A DNA stretch of 64,000 nt from the human T2T-CHM13v2.0 reference genome, Homo sapiens, in the NCBI RefSeq assembly GCF_009914755.1, contig NC_060942.1. One strand, written 5' to 3'. This document shows positions 48,865 to 62,732 of the stretch, one piece after another. The position numbers and the translations under genes were made by a program. The notes under the pieces were generated by a model. It did not search any database and was not told where the DNA came from. It saw only the letters and a list, made by a program, of their open reading frames with translations. The stretch's first letter is position 1. Every line of letters begins with the position of its first letter.

Positions 48865-48903
48865 GCTGGAGAAAGAAATGCTTTAGAGAATGGAAACCTC
48901 CAA
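48865..48903 (+). other. Candidate 39-nt exon, or 3' end of an alternative first exon
   Basis: CTGATTTACTTCAG|GCTGGAG...CCTCCAA|GTAAGTA in non-repetitive DNA. Length is a multiple of 3 and two frames are open. Confidence 0.3.
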
Positions 48904-49019
48904 GTAAGTATGTTTTCTAGGTAATTAAACTTCTGTAATATTTACATTTCTATAATTATAAAGGAGGTTAAGAATCTTTTAAAATATTATGACTTATTTA
49001 ACGTGCAAAAAAGGTTAAA

Positions 49020-49900
49020 CTATTATACAATGAATATATTTGTTCATACCATACAGTTCAGAAATACAATATTACCAACTTATTGAATCTCCCAGTATTT
49101 TCTTCCTTCATCATATTCCCCCTCTCTTTCCATTTACTGAAATTTGGAGATTATCATACCATGTATTCTTTTTTAAATGTAACTTTACCTTGTAAGTTTA
49201 CATTTTAAGCAATATATGTAGCCTAGATTTGCATGTTTATAAACTTTATATATAATGTCCACTCTTTTATCCTACTCTTTTTCCTGCTTAGTGTCAGTTT
49301 GGTAGGATTCATCTATGTTACACACATATCTCTAGTTCACTTCTTTCTACAGCTGTTATACATTTGCCATTACTCAATTGATCGACAATCAGGTTAGTTT
49401 CAGGTTATTTTTTCAGTTGCAAAAATTGCTGCCATAAACATGCTTTGCTTATCTCTGTGCATATGTATGTGTTTTGTTAGTCTATATTCACACATATGAG
49501 TGAAATTTCCGGGGCATGGGAAATACATCTTTATGAGACATTGAACTGCTCACCACTATCATAGTATCCATTTAAACAGACCAACAATGTATAAGAATTC
49601 CCTTTGTTTTACATGCTTTCCAATCTGATTTTGTATGACTATTGTATGCACAGTTGGATCACCTTGTGGTTAAATTTTCATTTCCCAAATTGGTAATGAG
49701 TAAAACATCTTTTCATGTATGTAATCGCCATTTACAATTTATCTTCTGTGAATGGCTTCTTTTTCCTACTCTACTATTTTTTTCTCCTTTTGTTATACAT
49801 TTGTAGGAGTTACTTATACATGGGGAGTTATAATCATATCTGTGTGTCTCTGTATGTGTATAATTGTTGACTCTGATTTTTATTCTCTTATGTACAGAAA
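49020..49900 (-). mobile_element. Very old L1 (L1ME-like) 3' region
   Basis: GGATTCATCTATGTT..TCTAGTTCACTT ... AAATTGCTGCCATAAACAT ... CCAACAATGTATAAGAATTCC. Confidence 0.6.
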
Positions 49901-49921
49901 GTTGAATCTTAACATGGTTTA

Positions 49922-50056
49922 TGTCTTAGTTCATTTTGTGCTGCTATAACAGGATACCCAAGACTGGGTAAAAATTTATAATGAACAGAAATTTATTTCT
50001 CAAGGGTCTGGAAGCTAGGAAGTCCAAGATCAAGGGACTAGCATTTTGCAAGAGCC
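49922..50056 (-). mobile_element. MST/MLT1 MaLR LTR fragment
   Basis: TGTCTTAGTTCATTTTGTGCTGCTATAACAG..TACC..AGACTGGGTAA ... GAAGTCCAAGATCAAGG. Confidence 0.8.
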
Positions 50057-50131
50057 AGTTGAGACAGATTCTTTGGCCACAAGACCCTTCTTATAAAGGA
50101 GGTCAAAATTAAATATTCTGTACCTTTCAAT

Positions 50132-50351
50132 CAAAGGTGTATTGGAGCCAGCTTATCCAGCTTGCAAGAATTGACTGCCAAATTTTCAGAAATTTTGCAA
50201 TCTGGTTGTTAAGCCATCCGTACCTGGAATCAGTCATGGCGGGAGTAATTATAGCATAGAAATTAGCAAACACTGTGAAGCAGAGCTTCCCCTATCTTTC
50301 CCCTGTCTCTCTCCAAAGAGCCAGTTACTAAACATTTACTGTCACATTCCT
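50132..50351 (+). mobile_element. MER63-like hAT (Blackjack) DNA transposon
   Basis: GGTGTATTGGAGCCAGCTTA ... AAATTTTCAGAAATTTTGCAA..TGGTTGTTAA ... GAGCCAGTTACTAAACATTTAC. Confidence 0.65.
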
Positions 50352-50399
50352 TTCATTCCAGCTTTTTTCAGTCAACTCCCAGTTGTTAGACCTCTAGCA

Positions 50400-52020
50400 C
50401 TTCCATCAAACCTTCACCTACTAGAGTGTCCAAAATGCTTTTCAGCATTTTTGGCTACATATGCAGGTCTCTATCCATCCTATTCATTCTTTTCCCACCT
50501 CCAGATACCTCCATTGTGTCCGTCACTCCTCCATTAGCAACATCCGCTGCATGATCACCTTTCCTTTTAGCATTCTTTCCATCTCTATTCAAATATTACA
50601 TTGCAATGATGATATCTACAGATCTTATCCCAAATAGCTTTTCCAACCTCACCACTCTCCTTTGCTCTTTTTTTCACAGAAATTATTATTAATGATTATT
50701 ATATTACATAATATGCATTCTTATATTTACTTTCTTTCTCCCACCATGGAAATGTAAACTCCCTAAGTGTGAGAACCTTGTTTCTCCCACTGTATTTCTC
50801 AAACTTAGAACAAGTTTTGGCACATGAGAGATATTTGTGTATTTGTAAAAGGAATAAAAGAAGAAAACAGAAAGGGAAGATAAATTTCCTCTATTTCTTT
50901 GCTGTAAGTAAAACTTTTTTTTTTACCTTGAGGACACAGGTTCTCCTGAATCTGAAGTGGTAGCTGTTGTTTTTTTGATGTTCCACATTCACTGAGACCA
51001 GGAGGTAGACAAGTATCTTTCTTTCTTTTCACTGCAATTCTAGGTTTTTACTCACTCAAGACAAAAAAAATGTTTCTTTTTTCTCCTTTTGTTTTGTTGT
51101 TGAGGTTCTTGACATTTGCTGTACCACCTTTTCCCATCCTCACTGTTGTTACCCTGTGATGTTACTGCCTTCCTCTCCACCCAGTGCTCTGTCATCCTGG
51201 TGGTTGTGATGGTTAGCAATCACATGACCATTCAGCCAACACCATTTTTTCTTGGATCTCTTGCCCCTGCCCTAATCCTTTTATCCTTTACTTCAACCAT
51301 CCATTCCCATATTCACACCTTTGGATCTTGCTATTCTCAGTAATTGCTCCATTTCCAAAATCACTGATTCAATAATCTAACTCTGACCATAGCCTCTCTC
51401 CCTCCAACTTGCTGGAATAACCCCACTACACTCATCCTCCAACCTCTTTAAGCCATCAAACCATTGATCTGCGTAATTTCTCCCATTTCTGCTGCTACCT
51501 GCTTTCTCCATTTCTCTCCTAACCTAAATTAGAAACCATGACCTGCAATTGCAACATTACTCCTGAAAATACCCTAAAAATGCCTGGTCCTTCTATTTTC
51601 TCTGCAGCTCACTGGACCAACTGTAATTTGGATGAATTTAGCTCTTCATTTTTTTTTTTTTCATGACTGAGCTTAGTTGTCATTTTCTGAGTGCTCCCGG
51701 AGAAATTCACATAAAAGAGAACATTAGTTTCTGTCTATGTTTATGTTTCATTGACTTCCAATGGTCTTTTCGTACTGCTTGACAGTCCAATTAAATCGCT
51801 GTACAATGTATTCTCCGATTTTCAAAATAGCTATTTCAAATTTTCTTTACTCTCTTGAACATTCCAAATCCCATTCTCCATCCTACTCCTTATTCTTAGC
51901 AGTCTTGCCTTCCTCTCTCCTTTTTAGAGAAGACGGAAGGCCTCAGAAACTTTCATTCTCTATATCAAATAAACATACCTCCCTACCCCTGAATTCACTG
52001 TCTCATTCCCTCCTACTACT
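50400..52020 (+). mobile_element. L2 fragments (patchy)
   Basis: AATGTAAACTCC..AAG..GAGAACCTTG (L2 3' end at ~50750) and CACACCTTGGATCTTG..CTCTGACCATAGCCTC (L2 internal). Confidence 0.5.
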
Positions 52021-52062
52021 TTATAAGAGTTTAAGTATGCAGGTCATCGATCCTTGACAATT

Positions 52063-53275
52063 TTTAAAAACATATTTATTGAGATATAATTGATATATAA
52101 AAACTCTGCGAATCTAATGTATAGAATTTAATGAGTTTGGGTATATCTATACCCCTGTGAAACAATCATCACAATCAAGGTAATAAACATCAATTACCTG
52201 TAAAATTTCCCTATCCCCTGCTGTGTGTTTTATTTGTTTGTTGCATGATTTTTTGTGTGTGTGGTAAGAACACTTAACATGAGATCTACCCTCTTAACAA
52301 AATTTTAAAGTGCACAATACAGTATTGTTAACTACAGGCACTGTATTGTACAGTAGATCTTATATTCATCTTGCATAACAAACTACTCCATCGAACTACA
52401 ACTCCTCATTTCCCCTTCCCACCAGTCTTCGGCAACCATCATTCCAGTCTTTGTTTCTATGAGCTTGAGTATTACAGATACTTTATGTAAGTAGAATCAT
52501 GCAATATTTGTCCTTCTGTGATTGGCTTATTTCACTTAGCATAATGTACTCCACTGTTTATTTATGTCATATGTCAGAATTCTCTTCTTTTTAAGGCTGA
52601 ATAATATTCCATTGTATTTATATGCCCAATTTTCTGTATCTACTTATCTGCAATGGACATTTAGTTTGTTTCCACATCTTGGTTATACTGAGTAATGCTG
52701 CAGTGAACGTGGGCATGCCGATTTGTCTTTGAGATCTTTATTTCAATTGTTTCGAATATGTACCTAAAAGTGGGATTGTTGGATCATGTGGTAGTTCCAT
52801 CTTTCAGATTTTAAAGGAAACTCCATAGTTTTCCACAGTGGCTACACCATTTTATGTTCTCACCAACAGTGTGCAAATTTCTCCACATCCTCACCAGCAC
52901 CGATTATCTGTTTATTTTTTGAAAATAGTCATGCTGACAGGTGATATTTCATTGTGAAATATATCACTGTGGTTTAGATTTGTATTTCCCTAATGATTAG
53001 CTATGTTGAGCTTTCTATATACCTGTTGGCCATTGTATGTCTTCTTTGGAGAAATGTCTGCTCAAGTCTTTTGCCCGTTTTTAAATCAGATTATTTGATT
53101 TTTTGCTATTGAGTTGTAGAAGTTCCTTATTAATCTTTGATATTAATTTCTTATTAGATAAATGGTTGGAAAATATTCCCTTTTATCCTTTAGGTTGCCC
53201 ATTCATTCTGTTGATGGTTCCCTTTATTGTACAGAGCTTTTTAGTTTGATGTCATATTTGTCCATTTTTGCTTTT
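52063..53275 (-). mobile_element. L1MA10/L1MB-like 3' portion
   Basis: TTTATTGAGATATAATTGA ... AACACTTAACATGAGATCTACCCTCTTAACAAA. Degenerate TSD GTCATCGATCCTTGACAATT (52043) / GTCATGAACCCTTAACAATT (53276). Confidence 0.88.
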
Positions 53276-54970
53276 GTCATGAACCCTTAACAATTAACAT
53301 AAATTAAACGACAGCCCAGAAAGAAGAAAACCAGGAAGGTTTTCTCCGTGCCTTTCCCTTCCTTCTGACACTATTGAATGTTTGCTGTGGCTTTTGGAAA
53401 TATTAAGTACAGAGTTAGGGACCATAAATTTGCCTGGGATTTTAAGGGGAGATAGTGCCAAGATGTGATACTTGAGTAGACTATTGACAATCTGAACTTC
53501 TTAAAAGTGAAGTTTGTAAGACATACTTAATACTGAACTAATAACACTGAGACCTAAAGAAACCCATTTCCTTGAGAGACGGTTCAGGCTATAGCTGCTC
53601 AAAGAACTCCCAGTATGCATGAGCTGTAAAAGTCCCTTCTGCTGAGATTGCACAAGATAGGAAATCGAGGAAGATGTTCATTTTTTGGACTTTTAACTCA
53701 AAAAAGCAAGTTTTTTTCCTTTTTAACTTTTATTTTAGGTTCAGGGGTACATGTACAGGTTTGTTACACAGTTAAATTGTGTTTCATGGGGGTTTGGTTT
53801 ACAGATTATTTCACCACCCAGGTAATAAATGTAATATCTGATAGGTAGTTTTTTGATCCTCACTCTCCTCCTACCCTATGCCATCAAGTAGGTTCCAGTG
53901 TCTGTTTTTCCTTCTTTGTGATCCTATGTACTCAGTGTTTAGCTCCCACTTGTAAATGAGAACATGCAGTATTTGGTTTTCTGTTCCTGTGTTAGCTCAC
54001 TTTGGATAATGGCCTCCAACTCCATCCATGTTGCTGCAAAGGACATGATCTCATTCTTTTTTTAAGGCTACATAGCATTCCATGGTGTATATATACTACA
54101 TTTTCTTTATCAAGTCTAACATTTATGGGCATTTAGGTTGATTTCATGTCTTTGCTATTGTGAACAGTACTACAGTGAACATATGCGTGCATGTGTCTTT
54201 ATGGTAGAACAATTTATATTCCTTTGGGTATATACCCAATAATGGGATTGCTGGGTCAAATGGTAATTCTGCTTTGAGTTATTTGAGAAATTACCAAATT
54301 GCTTTCCACGATGGCTAAACTGATTTACATTCCCACCAGCAGTGTATAAGTGTTCCCTTTTCTCCACAACTTCAACAGCATATGTTATTTTTTGATGTTT
54401 TAAAAATAGCCATTCTGACAGGTGTGAGATGGTTTTCACAGGGTCCTCATTGTGGTTTCGATTTGCACTTCTCTAATGATTAACGATGTTGAGCATTTTT
54501 TCATATGCTTGTTGGCCACATGTATGTCTTCTTTTGAAAAGTGTTGATGTCATTTGCCAACTTTTTACTGGGGTTGTCTGTCTTTTACTAGTAAGTTTAT
54601 TTAAGTTCTCTATAGACTCTGGATATTAGATCTGTGTCAAATGCAGAATTTGCAAATATTTTCTCCTATTCTGTAGGTTGTCTGTTTACCCTGTTGATAA
54701 TTTCTTTTGCTGCACAAAAGCTCTTTAGTTTAATTAGGTCCCATTTGTCAAATTTGTTTTTGTTGCAATTGATTTGGTGTCTTAATTATGAAATCTTTAC
54801 CAGATCCTATGTCCAGAATGGTATTTCCTAGGTTATCTTCCAGGATTTTTATAGGTTTATACATTTAATCTTTAATCCATCTTGAGTTTATTTTTGTTTA
54901 TGGTGTAAGGAATGGGTCTAGTTTCAGTCTTCTGCATATGGCTAGCCAGTTATCCCAGTACCGTTTATTG

Positions 54971-55870
54971 AATAGGGAGTCCTTTCCCCATTGCTTGTTT
55001 TTGTTGATTTTGATGTAGATTAGATGGCTTTAGTTGTGGGGCATTATTTCTGGGCCCTCAGTACTGTTCCATTGATCTATGTGTCTGTTTTTGTACCAAT
55101 ACCATGCTGTTGTGGTTACTGTAGGCTTGTAGTACAGTTTGAGTCCAGGTGACATGAGAAAGAGAATATGTGCCTGGAGGTATAGGCTTATAAACAGCCC
55201 CCCCAAGTGCGCCTGTCTCTTATGGTCGAGACTGCAGAGGTGAAATAGACTCTAGTCTCCTATAGCGCTCCTGGGCTTATTAGGAAGAGGAAATTCCCGC
55301 CTAATAAATTTTGGTCAGACCGGTTGACCTCAAAACCCTGTCTCCTGATAAGATGTTATCAATGACAATGGTGCCGAAACTTCATTAGCAATTTTAATTT
55401 TGCCTTGGTCTGTGGTCCTGTGATCTCGCCCTGCCTCCACTTGCCTTGTGATATCTGTGACCCACACCTATTCACACACTCCCTCCCCTTTTGAAACTCC
55501 CTAATAAAAACTTGTTGTTTTTTGCGGCTTGTGGGGGCATCATGGAACCTACTGACATCTGATGTCTCCCCCGGCTTTAAAATTATTCTCTTTTGTACTC
55601 TGTCCCCTTATTTCTCAAGCTGGCTGACACTTAGGAAAAATAGAAAAGAACCTACGTGAATATTGGGGCAGGTTCCCCAATAAAATAGGAAGTCCTTTCC
55701 CCATTGCTTGTTTTTGTTGATTTTGATGTAGATTAGTTGGCTTTAGTTGTGTGGCATTATTTCTGGGCCCTCAGTACTGTTCCATTGATCTATGTGTTTG
55801 TTTTTGTATGGATACCATGCTGTTTTGGTTACTGTAGGCTTGTAGTACAGTTTGAATCCAGGTAACGTGA
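54971..55870 (+). repeat. 187-bp direct duplication (54971-55157 and 55684-55870) flanking MER11
   Basis: AATAGG(G/A)AGTCCTTTCCCCATTGC ... TCCAGGT(G/A)AC(A/G)TGA occurs twice, with about 11 mismatches by eye. Confidence 0.95.
55158..55682 (+). mobile_element. MER11 (HERV-K HML-8) LTR, 3' half only
   Basis: GGAAGAGGAAATTCCCGCCTAATAAATTTTGGTCAGACCGGTTG ... CTGTGATCTCGCCCTGCCTCCA ... AAAATAGAAAAGAACCTACGTGAATATTGGGGCAGGTTCCCCAATA (intact 3' terminus). Confidence 0.88.
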
Positions 55871-57822
55871 TGCTGTCAGCCTTGTTCTTTTTGCTTAGGT
55901 TTCCCTTTGCCATTTGGTCCCTCTTTTGGTTCCACGTGAATTTTAAAGTAGCTTTTTCTAATTCGTGACGAATGTCATTGGTGGTTTGATAGGATTAGCA
56001 TTGAATCTGCTTTGGGCAATATGGCCATTTTAATGATAATCATTCTTCTTATCCATGAGCATGGAGTGTTTTTCCATTTGTGTCATGTATGATTACTTTG
56101 AGCAGTGTTTTGTAATTTTATACAGATTTTTTACTTCTATGGTTAACTGTATTCCTAGGTGTTTTATTCTTTTTGAGGTTATTGTGAATGAGACTGCATT
56201 CTTGATTTTGCTCTCAGCTTGGACATTATTGATACATAGGAATGCTATTGATTTTTGTACACTGATTTTTGCATTCTGAAACTTTACTGAAGTTGTTTAT
56301 CATTATCTAGGAGCTTTTGGGCAGACACTGGGGGTGTTTCCTAGGTATAGAATTATATTGTCTCTAAACAGGGATAGTTTGCCTTCCTTTCTTCCTATTT
56401 GGATGGCTTTTATTTCTTTCTCTTGCCTGATTGCCCTGGCCTAGACTATGTTGAATAGGAATGGGGAGAGATGACATCTTTGTCTTGTGTTAGTTTTCAA
56501 GGGGAATGCCTCCAACTTTTGCCCATTCAGTGTGACGTTAGCTGTAGGTATGTCATAGGTGGCTTTTATTATTTTGAAGTATGTTCCTACAATATCTAGT
56601 TTTTTGAGGGTTTTTAACATGAAGGGACATTGAATTTTATCAAAAAGCCTTTTCTGCATGTGTTGAGATAATCATGTGTTTTTTTTCTTTAGTTCTTTTT
56701 ATGTGATGACTCACATTTATTGATTTGCGTATGTTGAGCCAAACTTCCATCCCAGAGAGAAAGCCTACTTGATTGTGATGGATTAGCTTTTTGATGTGCT
56801 ACTGAATTTGGTTTGCTAGTTTTTGTTGAGGATTTTTGCATCTAAGTTTATCAAAGCTACTGGCCTGAAGTTTTCTATTTTTGTTGTGATACTGGCTTCA
56901 TAGAATGAGTTAGGGAACAGTCTTTCCTCCTCAATTTTTTAGAACAGCTTCAGTAGGAATGGTATCATCTCTTCTTAATATCAACTCATCTGGTGGAGTT
57001 TGGCTGTAAAGCCATCTGTTCCTGGGCTTTTTCTGGTTGGTAGAAAAGTATGATAATTTTCCTTCATACTTTACATCTCTTCGATTTAGAAATCTTTGGA
57101 TTTTAATTTTTAGACAGATTTAATCTTCAGATTTTACTTTTCCCTGGGAATTTGCTGGGGTAGGAGTCATAGCCAAATCTGAGGTATCTTGGGTTCATTG
57201 TACTTTTACAATATGAGGTATCTTCATATTATCATTTAATTTCATTGCAGAAATTCTGATGAGTATTGGCCAATGGGACTGGAAATAATTTGTGATAAGA
57301 AATAGAACAGAGATGGAATGTCCAGACTTAGAAAAGATCATCCTGACTTTATTAGTTAATATACATGTCAGAGCATTGTGGGGGTGAAATCTATCCTGAT
57401 CACCAGTAGCCTCAGGTGGATCCACAGTGGAGCAGGAGTTTGGTGTTCGGAGAGTAGCCTCATAAAAGTAGAGACTAGACTTCCCTGATAGTCTGCTGAC
57501 CTTCTTGTCCAATGCGATGTCTAATATCCTTGCTTTATCATGGGCTTAATAGTTAAACCTCGTGCATTAAGTGAACAAAAAGCAAGATGAGGTAGGGAGG
57601 GATATATTCCTCTCCTCTGATTCCAGCTCAAAGGGTCACTATTGTAGTACCTTTCTAACTTTTCTCTACCCCTCACTTGCTCCTCTCCAGAGGGAAAGGA
57701 GTAAATTATACAATCGAGAAAAGGAATCTGGTTGAGACCTTTTCTACCTTCTCTTTACTGTTTGCTGGATGACTGCTCCTGCCTATGCTGCGAGCTTAGC
57801 TTAGACCTGTGGATAGGTAAAT

Positions 57823-58040
57823 ATCAAGTAGGTTTTATCCCCTGGATGGAGGTTGATTCAACATACACAGATCAATAAATGTGATTCATCACATAAATAG
57901 AACTAAAAAAAAAACCCACGTTATTATCTCAACAGATGCAGAAAAGGCTTTCAGTAAAATTCAACATCCTTTCATGTTAAAAACTCTCAAAAAACTGGGC
58001 ATGGAAGGAACATACTTCAAAATAATAAGAGCCATCCTAT
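57823..58040 (+). mobile_element. Tail-less L1 ORF2 fragment, inverted relative to 56555-56773
   Basis: ORF 57881-58141 [35 protein letters not shown]; covers the same ORF2 interval as 56555-56773 on the opposite strand. Confidence 0.85.
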
Positions 58041-58129
58041 CATTCAGAACAGGAAACTCACTGTTCTTCTCTCTGTCTCCAACTGAGTTTTTAACTAACA
58101 ATCACACTGATATTTTGATCTCTCTATCT

Positions 58130-58850
58130 TTGACTCCTTAGTCTCATAATTGGTCAATCATCTCTTGCCTGGATTATTGCAGTGCCCCTAACTCTTCTCC
58201 CTGCTTCCCGTCTGGCCCCCAGTCTCTGTTCTTAACACAGTAGCCTGAGCAATTCTTTTAACCTAACTTGGATCAAGTTGCTTTACTCTTCCTCACTCTC
58301 CAATGGCTACATACCTGGGTAAAAATCTAACGTTTACACAATAGTGTATCAGACTGCACAGATGATGCAACCGTTACCTCTGTGGTTTCAACTCCCAGGC
58401 CTGTTCCCAAGACCACTCTCCTCACTCTCTCTGTCTGGCCTTACTGTCTCCTTGTTTTTCTTAAACACTTGTCAGGCCTCTGCACTCTCTGATCCATGTT
58501 CCTGAAACATTTTTCCCCCAGATGGTTGCATGGTCATCTGCCTCACCTCCTCAGGGTCTGTGCTCAGATAGCAGCTCAGCGAAAACTTGTCTCCCTTAAT
58601 TAGAATTGCACTCCCTTTCCTTGTATACACCCTACCTCCCTACCTCACTTTATTTTCTTCATAGCTTATGTCACTCTCTGGCAAAGTATATATTTTGATT
58701 ATTTATGTATTTATTGTTTGTCTTCTTTCTAAAATGGAATGTAAACTCAGTGAAGGCAGGGGTTTTGTCTGTTGTCTTCACCACTGTACTTCCAGCACGT
58801 AAAGTAAGTTCATAAAAACACATCAGTTAAGTGAATAAACCACTTGGGTG
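58130..58850 (+). mobile_element. L2 3' region
   Basis: TCATCTCTTGCCTGGATTATTGCAGT ... AATGTAAACTCAGTGAAGGCAGGGGTTTTGTCTG ... GTGAATAA. Confidence 0.75.
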
Positions 58851-59092
58851 TGTTTTTAAGAAAATGGAGAGAGTCAAGTTACTAAGAAGAGAGTAAACTT
58901 AGATATGAAATCTAAATAACACTGTGTTAAGGAATGATGCTCTATCCAATTTATTCAACTATAAATTGACTTATAGATAACCTATAACTTGTAGATAACA
59001 TAATTTAGCCTAATAATTTATTAATTTGTAAATAGCCGAAACATTCTTTTTACCCCTATGCTGTATAATATTGTCCTTAAAAACAGCTCTGA

Positions 59093-60230
<1,138 letters not shown>

Positions 60231-60707
60231 AAGAAAAAGCCCTGAGGCACTGAATGACTCTGAAGTTCCGAAGGAATATTTTAAGTGACCAAGTGATCAG
60301 AAATGCTGTGGGGCTAAATGCAGTTTCAAGTATATGAATTCCTTGAAATTTGGCAACCTAGGGTTCATATTGTCTTAGCTAGTCAGGAAATCCAGTTTGC
60401 CATAACACTTTATTCATGCATTCAAACTTATTTGCTGCGTCCCTACTAAATGCCAATCTCTTAGGTCAGGCAATGGCAGCATGAGGTGGACAAGCTTGGT
60501 CCTTGCCTGTGAGAGGTGAGTGGTCTGTGAATAGGGAAGTCTACTGTGTTTTACTTTGTATCTCATCCCCTGTGATGGAGACTTGCACTCATGTATGCCT
60601 GTCCCGCAGTCTTACCTTCAGGAAAAGTTAAATTGGTTAAAGTTCATTCTGTTTCTCAAGAGCATCACTTACTAGTAGAGAATATTCTCAATTAAAAAAT
60701 GACTAAA

Positions 60708-61037
<330 letters not shown>

Positions 61038-62584
61038 TTACATGTGGTGTCAGAAATTGTTTTTTCATCTTTCATATTCACTTGCTCCATATAGTTAACA
61101 TCATTTCCTCAAGGAAGAAAAGAAAGAAAAAAAAGTGGCAGTACTTCCTTTCTGTGGAACAGTGGCCCCAATTGGTATAGGTTATGTTGCTTAGAGCATG
61201 AGACAGACATGCCGATGAGAATATTTATCTGATAAGTTGCTTCCTAATTTTGGGTTTATCAGACCATCATAATTATATTCATTTTCTTTGTTAAATCAAT
61301 TCAAATCTATATTTTTTCTTTCTTTATAGTCAGCCTCAGGAGATATTGATTTCACCTTTGATACAATAGAACTGAAAAATTGTGACTAACATTATTGCTT
61401 TGGCTAATGGCAGTGCTTTAAAATGTATGGTTTATTCTATGTGTAACTAAAACACTTTACATAATTTGAAATATAAATATTTGCTAGATATCAACAGATT
61501 AATTCTTCCAGATTATGATTGTGTCTGTCCCCTAATCTCTGCTTGTCATAATTATTGTATTGCTGGAATCAACAGATGAACACTATCAAAGGCAGTTTTG
61601 ATTTCCTAAAATGTGCAGTTAATTCAATTAATTCATAATCCAAGTTATCTGATTTGTTTTTAGGGATGATCTTTTTGAGACTCTGTACACCTGGGGATCC
61701 TTATAGCTGCAAGGGAGGTATCATTAGCAACAGCTGTAGATTAGGAGTTGGGAGGTGAAACCAATAAGCGGTTTTGTGGTTCTGGGCCAATCTCTTAATC
61801 TCTGCAGCTAGTTTCCTCTTTTAAAAAATGGAGGTATCTCCTCAACTTTTCTTAAGAGCATTTGGAGACAGTACAATGGGAAAGATCATTGAATATTATA
61901 AGAGCTGTATCTATGCAAATTTTAAAAATTGTTAAAAGTGATGCTGGTACAAATACAAGATATATGTTATTATCATAGTTACTGTGTTTATATTACCTTT
62001 AGGCAAATATTAATATTAGAAGAGTCTTTGAAAATCTGCAGAGTAATAGAAAGGGAAGATTTACTGCAATCATATGATTCCATTAAACACGATCTTTGTG
62101 TTTAAGCATTTGAAAACACACTTCTAGATTAAGACTCTAAATGGTGCTTGATAATGATGGATTTTTATGTAATTAAAATAGCTTTATGGAATTAAAATAT
62201 GCCACCTCATTGCTGACTGCAAATGAGGAACTGAAAATAATCATTTGTTCGTGTTTTCATTTTTCAACTGGAAATATCTCTTTCTGGCCATGCATCTGTG
62301 AAGGCTTAGTACATTTTGTTCTTTTAATCTATGCAGGAAGGCCCTTGCTTATAAATGGGTTGCGTTCCAAAAGTACATTTTAAGTAAGTTTTTTGGAACA
62401 GAGAGAGCTCTTTTCTTCTCCCAGTTAAAAGGATAAAAACAAAAAACAAACCCTAAAGGCTCTGGGATTTTCCACTTTCTTGGCTTTGCTCAAACTTTCT
62501 CACCTGCCTAGAATAACTTTGAATCCTACCTGTTCATCAAGGCCCCAAACTGTCAGTTCGTTGAGAGCAGAGATTATACCACGT

Positions 62585-62732
62585 TTATTTTGTATTTTAT
62601 TTTATTGTTTTCTGTAGAGACAAGGTCTTGCTATGTTGCCCAGGCTGGTCTTGAACTCCTGGGCTCAAGCGATCATCTCATCCAGGCCTCCCACAGTGCT
62701 GGGATTACAGGCACAAAACACCGTGCCTGGCC
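62585..62732 (-). mobile_element. FLAM_C-like Alu monomer
   Basis: GTAGAGACAAGGTCTTGCTATGTTGCCCAGGCTGGTCTTGAACTCCTGGGCTCAAGCGATC; left monomer only. Confidence 0.85.

Larger units (their letters stand above)
53711..57043 (-). mobile_element. L1PA15/16-like, 5'-truncated, interrupted by MER11
   Basis: TTTTATTTTAGGTTCAGGGGTACATGTACAGGTTTGTTAC 3' end; ORF2 RT remnant (ORF 56441-56659, ..[23 protein letters not shown]). Confidence 0.9.
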
